From Opitutales bacterium (GTDB lineage Bacteria > Verrucomicrobiota > Verrucomicrobiia > Opitutales > T3Sed10-336): DNA of 64,000 nt. Within the stretch, counting starts at the first letter, position 1. Every line of letters begins with the position of its first letter. The notes under the pieces are model-generated. The model worked only from the letters and a program-made list of their open reading frames with translations. It made no database searches and was not told the DNA's origin. Positions 52,320-60,127 of the stretch are shown here, piece by piece. Location of the stretch: the NCBI GenBank assembly GCA_007130045.1, contig SLTG01000041.1, positions 641 to 64,640 on the forward strand, read 5' to 3'. Position numbers and translations under genes: made by a program.

Positions 52320-54071
52320 ATGGAAATCGGATTCAATATGGCCGAAGCGCTGGAACGCCGGTTCGCCGCCGTCGCAGCCGAGATCGAAGAATTCGGTGAA
52401 GGATTCATCCCCGACGTCAGGCCGGCCGACCCCCGTTTCGGGGATTTTCAGGCGAACGGCGTCCTGCCCTTCGCCAAACGAACCGGACGGAATCCACGCA
52501 ACCTCGCGGAGATCCTGGTTGGACGCATCAAGGGGTCATCCGCCGGTCGATTCGACGTCACCGTAGCCGGACCGGGTTTCATCAACGTCACCCTCCGTCC
52601 GGCCGTTCTGCTCGAATGGCTGCTCGCTTACGGAACGGAACGCGACCTGCGGACGGGTGCTTCCGATCTGTACCGCAACAGGATTGTGGTCGTCGATTAC
52701 AGTTCTCCGAACACCGCCAAACAAATGCACGTCGCCCATGTCCGTTCGATGGTCGTCGGCGAAGCGATCAGCCGCCTGTTCGAGTTCGCCGGCGCCCGCG
52801 TCACGCGCGACAACCATATCGGCGATTGGGGAACACAGTATGGCAAGCTGATTTACGCCTACAAGAACCACCTCGACCAAGAGGCACTGAAGAGCGACGC
52901 CCTTGAAGAACTCGAACGCCTGTACAAGAAAGGCGACGCTCTCTGCAAGGAGGATCCGGCCCACTTGGAGCAGGCGCGCGCGGAACTTGTCAAACTTCAA
53001 CGCGGCGATCCCGGAAACCTGAAACTCTGGGAGGAAATCAAACGTTTGAGCGAAGACGCGTTCGAAGAAATCTACGGAAAACTGGGCATCCGTTTCGATT
53101 TCCATCTCGGCGAGAGTTTCTACCGGGACAAGGTTGACGAAGTGTACGCCGAACTGCTCGAACACGGGATCGCCGAGGAAAGCGAGGGCGCGCTGGTCGT
53201 TTTCCATCCCGACCACCCGCGCTTCAGAAAGCAGCCGTTCATAATTCGCAAATCCGACGGCGCCAGCAACTACGCGTCCACCGACCTCGCGACCGTCCTG
53301 TACCGGGTCCGCGAATGGAAGGCGAATAAACTCGTCTACGTCACCGACAGCCGCCAGCAGGACCACTTTCAACAGCTTTTCCTCACCGTCGAGCGATGGT
53401 TCGCCGCGACCGCGCGCCCGGTTCCCGAACTCGATCACGTCTGCTTCGGAACGATCCTGGGAGACGACGGCAAAGCGATCAAGACACGCTCCGGGGATCC
53501 GGTCAAACTCAAGGACCTTCTTAACGAAGCCGAGGAACGCGCCCGCGCAATCGTCCAGGAAAAGAACCCCGGGCTCCCCGACGACGAAAAGGACGATATC
53601 GCCCGGGCGATCGGTATCGGAGCGATTCGCTATGCCGACCTCGCCCAGAATCGAACGAGCGATTACGTGTTTTCCTGGGACAAGGTCCTGAGCTTTGAGG
53701 GCAACACGGCTCCGTATTTGCTGTACGCCGTCGCGCGTATCCACAGTATCTTTACACGAATGGGCGATACGGCGGAAATCGACGAACGCCAGGCCACTCC
53801 GTTTGAAACGGAGCAGGAACAGAATCTGGCACGCAAGCTCCTTGACTTCGCGGAAGTGCTCAAAATGACCGTCGGAGACCTCCGTCCGCATGTCCTTTGC
53901 ACCTACCTCTACGAACTCGCCGGCGATTTCAGCGGATTTTACAACGCGGACAAGGTTCTGGTGGACGCGGCGGGTACACGCGCCCGCCGCATTCTCCTTT
54001 GCAGGCGAACGCTCCTCGTGCTCGAAAAAGGTTTGCACCTCCTGGGAATCAGAACCCTGAAACGCATGTGA
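52320..54071 (+). CDS. argS: Arginine--tRNA ligase
   Basis: ATG at 52320 (MEIGFNMAEALERRF), or at 52338. SSPNTAKQMHVAHVRS (HIGH-type), GKAIKTRSGD, anticodon-binding DALR C-terminus ending IRTLKRM. The 5' 891 nt of the listed 880-aa ORF is antisense to the phosphorylase gene and is not coding. Confidence 0.95.
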   Translation: MEIGFNMAEALERRFAAVAAEIEEFGEGFIPDVRPADPRFGDFQANGVLPFAKRTGRNPRNLAEILVGRIKGSSAGRFDVTVAGPGFINVTLRPAVLLEWLLAYGTERDLRTGASDLYRNRIVVVDYSSPNTAKQMHVAHVRSMVVGEAISRLFEFAGARVTRDNHIGDWGTQYGKLIYAYKNHLDQEALKSDALEELERLYKKGDALCKEDPAHLEQARAELVKLQRGDPGNLKLWEEIKRLSEDAFEEIYGKLGIRFDFHLGESFYRDKVDEVYAELLEHGIAEESEGALVVFHPDHPRFRKQPFIIRKSDGASNYASTDLATVLYRVREWKANKLVYVTDSRQQDHFQQLFLTVERWFAATARPVPELDHVCFGTILGDDGKAIKTRSGDPVKLKDLLNEAEERARAIVQEKNPGLPDDEKDDIARAIGIGAIRYADLAQNRTSDYVFSWDKVLSFEGNTAPYLLYAVARIHSIFTRMGDTAEIDERQATPFETEQEQNLARKLLDFAEVLKMTVGDLRPHVLCTYLYELAGDFSGFYNADKVLVDAAGTRARRILLCRRTLLVLEKGLHLLGIRTLKRM

Positions 54072-54198
54072 GGCGCAAGGTCCCACGCGGCACGCAGGAA
54101 ACAATCTTCCGAATCCGCTGAAATCCCGGCATTATCGGTGCACGGATTGATTCCCGCTCGCTTTTCTCCATGTTTTATTCGGCAATGCGCCACTAGAA

Positions 54199-55230
54199 AT
54201 GTATCTTCAATCGCTGACAACCGCCGTTCCTCCTCACCGGTTCACCCAGAACGAGTGCTGGGATATTCTGAATGGTTCCGAGTATACCCGGCGCCTTGGA
54301 AACCGCTCCCTGGCACTTCTCCGCAAGGTCCTGACCACCGACAACGGAATCGCGTGCCGGCACTTTGCGACCCCGGACGTTGAAAGGATATTCGACCAGT
54401 GCGTCGACCAACTTAACGAGACCTTCCGACGCGAGGCCCCCTCCCTGGCCGTCCGGGCTTTGCGTGAGGCCCTGGACCACGCGTCCCTCCGTCCGGCGGA
54501 TCTGGATGCATTGATGATCTGCACGTGCACCGGATACCTTTGTCCGGGACTGAGCAGCTACGTTTCCGAAAGCCTGGGAATCCGTTCGAACGCGTTCCTT
54601 CAGGACATGGTCGGCCTCGGATGCGGTGCGGCGATTCCCACCCTGCGCGCGGCCGGCAACTTCCTCGCCGCAAACCCCGGCGCCCGGGTTGGCGTGGTCG
54701 CGGTTGAAATCTGTTCGGCGGCATTCTACCTCGACGACGATCCGGGCGTTCTGATCAGCGCCTGCCTGTTCTCCGACGGCGCTGCGGCTTCAATATGGGC
54801 GGGGCGGCCGGCGGATCCCTCCTCGTTGCGGATACATGGGTTCGACACCGTCCACATTCCCGAAGACCGGGAATTGCTCCGATTCGAGACCAGGCAGGGC
54901 AAACTGCGCAACAAGCTCGCAAAAGCGGTTCCTCTGAAAGCGGCCCGGGCGGTCGGCGCCCTCTTTCTGCGGAACGGAGGTCTGCGGATCGACCGGATCC
55001 TCGCCCATCCCGGAGGCCGGGATGTGCTGCTTGCCATTCAGGAACGGCTGCCGGGATTCGCGCTGGCCGAAAGCTACGACGTGCTCAGGAATTTCGGGAA
55101 CATGAGCAGTCCGAGCGTTCTTTTCACCCTGCGAGAGGCAATGAAAAACCCTGCCGATTGCGAACAGTGGCTGGTGGCGTTCGGAGCGGGGTTTTCCTGC
55201 CACAGTTGCCGCGTCAGTCCTCCCGAATGA
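54199..55230 (+). CDS. Type III polyketide synthase (chalcone/stilbene synthase superfamily)
   Basis: Cys-His-Asn triad contexts GLGCGAAIPTLRAA, ILAHPGGRDVL and FGNMSSPSVLFTL. 343 aa. Confidence 0.9.
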   Translation: MYLQSLTTAVPPHRFTQNECWDILNGSEYTRRLGNRSLALLRKVLTTDNGIACRHFATPDVERIFDQCVDQLNETFRREAPSLAVRALREALDHASLRPADLDALMICTCTGYLCPGLSSYVSESLGIRSNAFLQDMVGLGCGAAIPTLRAAGNFLAANPGARVGVVAVEICSAAFYLDDDPGVLISACLFSDGAAASIWAGRPADPSSLRIHGFDTVHIPEDRELLRFETRQGKLRNKLAKAVPLKAARAVGALFLRNGGLRIDRILAHPGGRDVLLAIQERLPGFALAESYDVLRNFGNMSSPSVLFTLREAMKNPADCEQWLVAFGAGFSCHSCRVSPPE

Positions 55231-55381
55231 GACGCGTATCCCCGCTGTTCCGGTTTCGATACCTGCCGCAATCCACGAAAAGGTTGCGCGCCCCCTGCGA
55301 TTTCCGAGCACCGCGGGATTCGCAGGAATGACCTTTATCCCCTCCCCGCGCCGGCCGGCGACTCATTCCGGGTGCAGCGGC

Positions 55382-57058
55382 TCAGTCTTCTGCTTCGTCT
55401 TCGTCTTCGAATTCAACGGCACCCTCGCCGAATCCGGTTGCGCCCGCTCTGGCCTCGCGAACCAGCCCGGCAATCAGCGCGACCGGAATCTCCATTTGGG
55501 CACGGGCTCCATTTTCTTTCATCGAAACTTCCCCCCTGATCGGCGGAAGGTCCAAATCCGTCGTCCCGGCTCCGGGCAAAAATCCCTGTACCGCACCCGA
55601 TAAGAGACTCGGATTGATGATCCACTGACCCGCCAATCCCGGTTCCTCGCGAAATCCGTCTCCCTCGCGCCCGACCGGCCTTTCGCCCGCGTCGATGGCG
55701 TTCACCACACCCCTCGAATCCTCCAGGTGGGAAGCGGTGACCAGGTAATCCTTCACCTGAACATAATACACAAGCTGCTCCTGCATTTGCTGGAAGAACG
55801 CCCGTTGCTCTTCCGACATTTCCTCGTCGTCCTTCCCATACTCCATGCGGGTACGGAGAATGTGAACCGGGTAATCTCCAATCCCCTCCTCAGCTTCCAC
55901 AACCTCCGTTTCGGTTGTCGCGTCACCGAACGGACTCCCGCCCGTCAGTCCCTGAACCATCCCTTGACTCAGGGACATCATGCTTGCGGTGAGCCTGAGA
56001 GACTCGCGCAATGCTTCGTCGTCGAACCGGCTTTCGGAAACCTGCACGGTCCTCGCGCTCATCCCTTCGAATCGGACCGCCCCGGCCGCGTTTCCATCGG
56101 AGTATTCCGAATAAAGCGCGATCAGCTCGCGAATCGCCTGCAATGCCCCCTCCAAAATCTCGCCTTCGGAAACCACGGTCTTGTTCGAGAAGTAGTCGAC
56201 GTAGTCAAGGATGGCGCCGGGATTGGCTCTGCCCACGTAGACCATCGGATGATCGAATCCGATCCAATCGACAATGCCGGTGGACGCGGTGTGATCTGCC
56301 GAAAGAAACCGACCGAGCGCCGTATCCGCCGCCGCACCCAGGTAAGCGCGCTGGGTAATCTTATCGGACTCCAAACCGATCGCGAAACCGACCGAAGACA
56401 GCACTCTGAACTCGCCGGCCAGCGTGCGCAGCACCGCCCAAACGGCGTCCTCGTGCCCGGCCCCATTCATGCCGGTGCCCTCGCGGATCGCAGCCCGGAT
56501 TTCATCTTCCCTTTCCAGCACAAACCGGGAAATCTCCGGGCCGTTTAATTCAACTTCGATGTCATGGGTCCGGGGGATTTGCACCCACTCCAACAAAGGG
56601 TCGCGCAAATTCTCCACCGCCGCCGGATCCATTTCTCCCATCGTCCCGAACGTCCATCCTTCGTGATCCGCAAGCCTCAGGCCGTAACCTTGAAGCGACT
56701 GACGGTACGGGCTCGATTCCGACAACTTTGCCAACAACACCGGATGATAGTCACCCTCGTATTTCACGAAAGCCATCCCGATATTCCGCCCGGCTTCAAC
56801 GCCTTGCAACATTGGATCGCCAATCATCGCGCCAAGCATGAATGGCATTGATTCGACCTGCGGCCCGGGCTCAATCTGGCGGGCAATGTCCACGATCTTC
56901 TCGGAAAGCTCTTTCAGCGAACCGGTCTTGACGACGGCCACGACGCCCCGCGGGAGCACCGAATCATCACTCGCCGTCGTTTCGGCCGCAACGGGCACAG
57001 CAGCAAAAAGAACCAACGCGGCCGGAATGGAAAGTAAGGGAAAAAGGTGTTTTCGCAT
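55382..57058 (-). CDS. Secreted hypothetical protein (558 aa) with acidic C-terminal tail
   Basis: The true start is taken at ATG 57058 (MRKHLFPLLSIPAALVLFAAVPVAAETT, a signal peptide). The 217-aa upstream extension of the listed ORF is antisense to the methyltransferase gene. The protein ends EFEDEDEAED. No family recognised. Confidence 0.7.
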   Translation of the reverse strand: MRKHLFPLLSIPAALVLFAAVPVAAETTASDDSVLPRGVVAVVKTGSLKELSEKIVDIARQIEPGPQVESMPFMLGAMIGDPMLQGVEAGRNIGMAFVKYEGDYHPVLLAKLSESSPYRQSLQGYGLRLADHEGWTFGTMGEMDPAAVENLRDPLLEWVQIPRTHDIEVELNGPEISRFVLEREDEIRAAIREGTGMNGAGHEDAVWAVLRTLAGEFRVLSSVGFAIGLESDKITQRAYLGAAADTALGRFLSADHTASTGIVDWIGFDHPMVYVGRANPGAILDYVDYFSNKTVVSEGEILEGALQAIRELIALYSEYSDGNAAGAVRFEGMSARTVQVSESRFDDEALRESLRLTASMMSLSQGMVQGLTGGSPFGDATTETEVVEAEEGIGDYPVHILRTRMEYGKDDEEMSEEQRAFFQQMQEQLVYYVQVKDYLVTASHLEDSRGVVNAIDAGERPVGREGDGFREEPGLAGQWIINPSLLSGAVQGFLPGAGTTDLDLPPIRGEVSMKENGARAQMEIPVALIAGLVREARAGATGFGEGAVEFEDEDEAED

Positions 57059-57181
57059 GGTATGAAACTCGAATATATCTATACATCGTACCACTCTCAG
57101 CGAAAAGGGCAATTCGAAAATCGGGCGGACGCCCCGGCAGGTCCCCCCGGCCGGAGCCCTGCAACCCTCAAACACCAAAGT

Positions 57182-57847
57182 ATGAGCCGCCAACTCAAGC
57201 GAAAAGTTCAACCGGAGATCCTGGACTCTCTTCCCGAAAATCATCCCGAAGCCGTTCACAACCGCCGTGACCTGCGACTGATCAACTTCCTGATGGGCAA
57301 CTTCCGCTGGTTCCAGCGGATCCTGCCCCAGCACGTTCGCCGCGGCGAGACCGGGCTCGAACTCGGCGCCGGCGACGGCAGTCTCGGACGGAGGCTTTTC
57401 GAAAGCGGTCGGCTTCCCGACAAGGTTCAGGTTGACGGGTTGGACTTGTGGACCCGCCCCGATTGCTGGCCCGAGCGATGGCGCTGGCGCCGCGAAGACC
57501 TGCTTTCCTTTTCCAGTTTCGATCAATACGATTTCATCCTGGGCAATTTCATTTTCCACCAGTTCACCGATGAAGACCTCGCCCGGCTTGGCGCGCGCCT
57601 CCGGCGCCGCGCGCGGGTAATCGTCGCGTGCGAGACCGTCCGCCGCACAATTCATCTGCGACAGATCTGGCTCCTGCGGCCGCTGGGGATCAACCGCGTA
57701 AGCTGGCACGACGGGCGGGTCAGTATTCGCGCCGGTTTCCTCGACGAAGAACTGCCCGACCGGCTCGGTCTGTCACGGGAAACGTGGGACGTCCAATGCC
57801 ACACGAGCCCGCTCGGCGCCTACCGAATGATCGCGGTGCGCAGATAG
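57182..57847 (+). CDS. Class I SAM-dependent methyltransferase
   Basis: ATG at 57182 (MSRQLKRKVQPEILDSLPENHPEAVHNRRDLRLIN). SAM motif I is LELGAGDGSLG. Confidence 0.72.
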   Translation: MSRQLKRKVQPEILDSLPENHPEAVHNRRDLRLINFLMGNFRWFQRILPQHVRRGETGLELGAGDGSLGRRLFESGRLPDKVQVDGLDLWTRPDCWPERWRWRREDLLSFSSFDQYDFILGNFIFHQFTDEDLARLGARLRRRARVIVACETVRRTIHLRQIWLLRPLGINRVSWHDGRVSIRAGFLDEELPDRLGLSRETWDVQCHTSPLGAYRMIAVRR

Positions 57848-57892
57848 CTTTTGTTTGCTCTTTGGGCGGAATGCCGAATGATATTTTGACGG

Positions 57893-58918
57893 ATGAATCC
57901 CATCACCATCATCGGAGGCGGCCTCGCCGGCCTATCGCTGGGAATCGGACTCCGGCGCCACAATGTGCCGGTCACCGTACGCGAGGCCGCGTATTATCCG
58001 CGACACCGGGTGTGCGGCGAATTCATCTGCGGCGTCTCCGATCGAACCCTGGACACCCTCGGCGTCGCCGACGCGCTTCGCGGCGCCGCGATCAACCGCT
58101 CGACGGGGTGGTACCAATTTGGAAAGCGAGTGTTTCAAAAGGAGTTGCCGGTCCCGGCACGGGGTATCTCGCGCCTGCGTCTCGACGCGCGCCTCGCGGA
58201 TCGTTTTGAGGATTCCGGAGGGGAACTTCGAACCGGAGACCGGGTTGCTCCCGCCCAATCCCACCCTGAAGGGACCGTCTGCTCCACCGGCAAAGAAAGC
58301 GGTCAATCGGACTGGCTGGGACTGAAGATACACCTCAAAGGGTTTCCCGGGATGGATGAGGACCTTCAAATGCACTTGGGGGATAATGCTTACGTGGGTG
58401 TCTCCCGTATCGAAGAAGGGAGATTCAACCTCTGCGGACTGTTTCGCCGGCGTCCCGGGATCAAGGTGCCTCGTTCCGAACTCTTTCGGACCTACCTCGA
58501 GCACTCGGGTCTGGAAGAACTCTCAAGCCTGACACGGAAGGGAGAGCCGCTGGAGCACACCTTCGCGGCTGTATCCGGTTTCACTTTTCTTGCGGGTTCC
58601 CGAAATTCGTGCGACACGATCCGCCTGGGGGACGCCGCGGGTATGATTCCTCCTTTCACTGGAAACGGCATGTCGGTAGCGCTCGAAAGCGCCGAAACCG
58701 CCCTTCCCTACATTCTCGCCTATTCAAAAGGCGAAATCGACTGGACAACGTCCTGCCGAAAGGTTTCCGGCGCCGCGTACCGCCGCTTCCGAACCCGCCT
58801 GAGCACCGCCGCCCTCGTGCATGCGTTCCTCTTTAAGGAAAAACGACGCCAAATGGCGCTGATCCTCGGATCATCAAACCTCCTGCCGTTTAATACCCTG
58901 TTCCGGCTTATGCACTAG
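57893..58918 (+). CDS. FAD-dependent oxidoreductase / monooxygenase (geranylgeranyl-reductase-like fold)
   Basis: Dinucleotide fold ITIIGGGLAGLSLG. GD motif LGDAAGMIPPFTGNGMSVAL. Confidence 0.85.
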   Translation: MNPITIIGGGLAGLSLGIGLRRHNVPVTVREAAYYPRHRVCGEFICGVSDRTLDTLGVADALRGAAINRSTGWYQFGKRVFQKELPVPARGISRLRLDARLADRFEDSGGELRTGDRVAPAQSHPEGTVCSTGKESGQSDWLGLKIHLKGFPGMDEDLQMHLGDNAYVGVSRIEEGRFNLCGLFRRRPGIKVPRSELFRTYLEHSGLEELSSLTRKGEPLEHTFAAVSGFTFLAGSRNSCDTIRLGDAAGMIPPFTGNGMSVALESAETALPYILAYSKGEIDWTTSCRKVSGAAYRRFRTRLSTAALVHAFLFKEKRRQMALILGSSNLLPFNTLFRLMH

Positions 58919-59080
58919 GACTAGTGTAGCCCACCCGAAATAATGAAACTTAACGGCAGTTCCTGACGGGCTGCGTTTCGCCCCTGCTTCTCTTACTTGA
59001 TCCCTTTCTGCTGTGATCTTCTTGAATTGTGTCTCTTCGTTGGGCAGGGTGGAACACGATTTTAAACAAGAAGGTTTCGT

Positions 59081-59587
59081 ATGGAAACAATCAAGGCCAT
59101 CATGACGCGCCGGAGCATCCGCGTGTTTAAGGAGACGCCCGTTCCCGAGGCACAGATCAAGACTCTGCTGGAGGCGGCGATGAATGCCCCCAGCGCGGGC
59201 GACGGACGTCCGTGGTATTTTGTCGTGACCACCGACCGGACCAAACTCGACGCACTGGCCGATGCCGTTGACGAGGGCAATCCGATGTTTAAGCAGGCGC
59301 AGGCCGCCGTGCTGATCTGTCTGGATCGATCGCTGGAAGGCTTTCAGGGGTTCGGCGAGCAGGATTGCTCCTGTGCGGCGCAAAATCTGCAACTGGCTGC
59401 GCACAACCTCGGCCTGGGAACGGTCTGGATTGCGGTCATCAACGTCCCGCCGCGCACGACGGGGTGTCGCAAGGTGCTGGAGGTTCCGGAGGAGTTGATC
59501 CCGTTTGCGCTTTTTCCGATCGGCGTTCCCGGCGAAACCGTGGAACCGGAGATCCGATATGACGCTGCCCGCGTAAGGCGGACATAA
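59081..59587 (+). CDS. Nitroreductase family protein
   Basis: IMTRRSIRVFKETPVPEAQIKTLLEAAMNAPSAGDGRPWYFVV. 168 aa. Confidence 0.9.
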   Translation: METIKAIMTRRSIRVFKETPVPEAQIKTLLEAAMNAPSAGDGRPWYFVVTTDRTKLDALADAVDEGNPMFKQAQAAVLICLDRSLEGFQGFGEQDCSCAAQNLQLAAHNLGLGTVWIAVINVPPRTTGCRKVLEVPEELIPFALFPIGVPGETVEPEIRYDAARVRRT

Positions 59588-59677
59588 CCCGATCAGCTTC
59601 CAATCAAATTGGTTTCCCCATAGAAAAGATTCGCGCGGATCCGCGTGATTCGCAGTTCCCCTGCCGTTGTGGCGACC

Positions 59678-59695
59678 GTCCCGCACTCGCGGGAC
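59678..59695. terminator. GC hairpin between convergent nitroreductase and sigma-remnant genes
   Basis: GTCCCGC-ACTC-GCGGGAC, a perfect 7-bp stem. No clear U-tract. Confidence 0.2.
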
Positions 59696-59797
59696 CGGCA
59701 GTTCCCGTGTCCGCGATTTCCACGCTCTCGCCTTCGATCACCGGCCTCCGCGAAAATATGCGGCGAGTATTCGTCGGAAACCAGTCCATTCATTCCT

Positions 59798-60127
59798 TTA
59801 TCCGCTGAGGATTCTTCGCAGGTGTCGCAACTCTTCATCGAACTGATCCGGGGTTACCGTCTCGGCCAATTCCTCGCGGATCAGCTCGCGAAAACGGCGT
59901 CTGAATCGATGAACAGTCACGCGCGCGGCGCCCCTGCTCAAACAAAGCTTTCCAACCAGGTCGGCATAAGACGATTCCTCTGCTTCGATCAAAAAGCCCT
60001 TCAACAGCTCAAACTCCACCTCCCGGCCGCTCGGTTCGTTCGGATCGCACGCGGCAACCACCATCGTCCAGCGTGTGGTGTGGAAGCGGGATGAAAGAGT
60101 AATACTGGCTGATTCCCGGTGCATCAT
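59798..60127 (-). CDS. ECF-sigma-like protein lacking region 2 (N-terminal TTRWT motif + region 4 HTH only); possible in-frame deletion remnant
   Basis: 109 aa. Has RFHTTRWTMV, then SYADLVGKLCLSRGAARVTVHRFRRRFRELIREELAETV (region 4.2-like) and a DEELRHLRRIL tail. No sigma region 2 sequence. Its ATG overlaps the kinase TGA (ATGATG). Confidence 0.6.
   Translation of the reverse strand: MMHRESASITLSSRFHTTRWTMVVAACDPNEPSGREVEFELLKGFLIEAEESSYADLVGKLCLSRGAARVTVHRFRRRFRELIREELAETVTPDQFDEELRHLRRILSG

Noticed and set aside
57059-57709. 217-aa N-terminal extension of the 775-aa minus-strand ORF
   Set aside because: A strong signal peptide starts at the internal ATG at 57058. The extension is antisense to the SAM methyltransferase gene.
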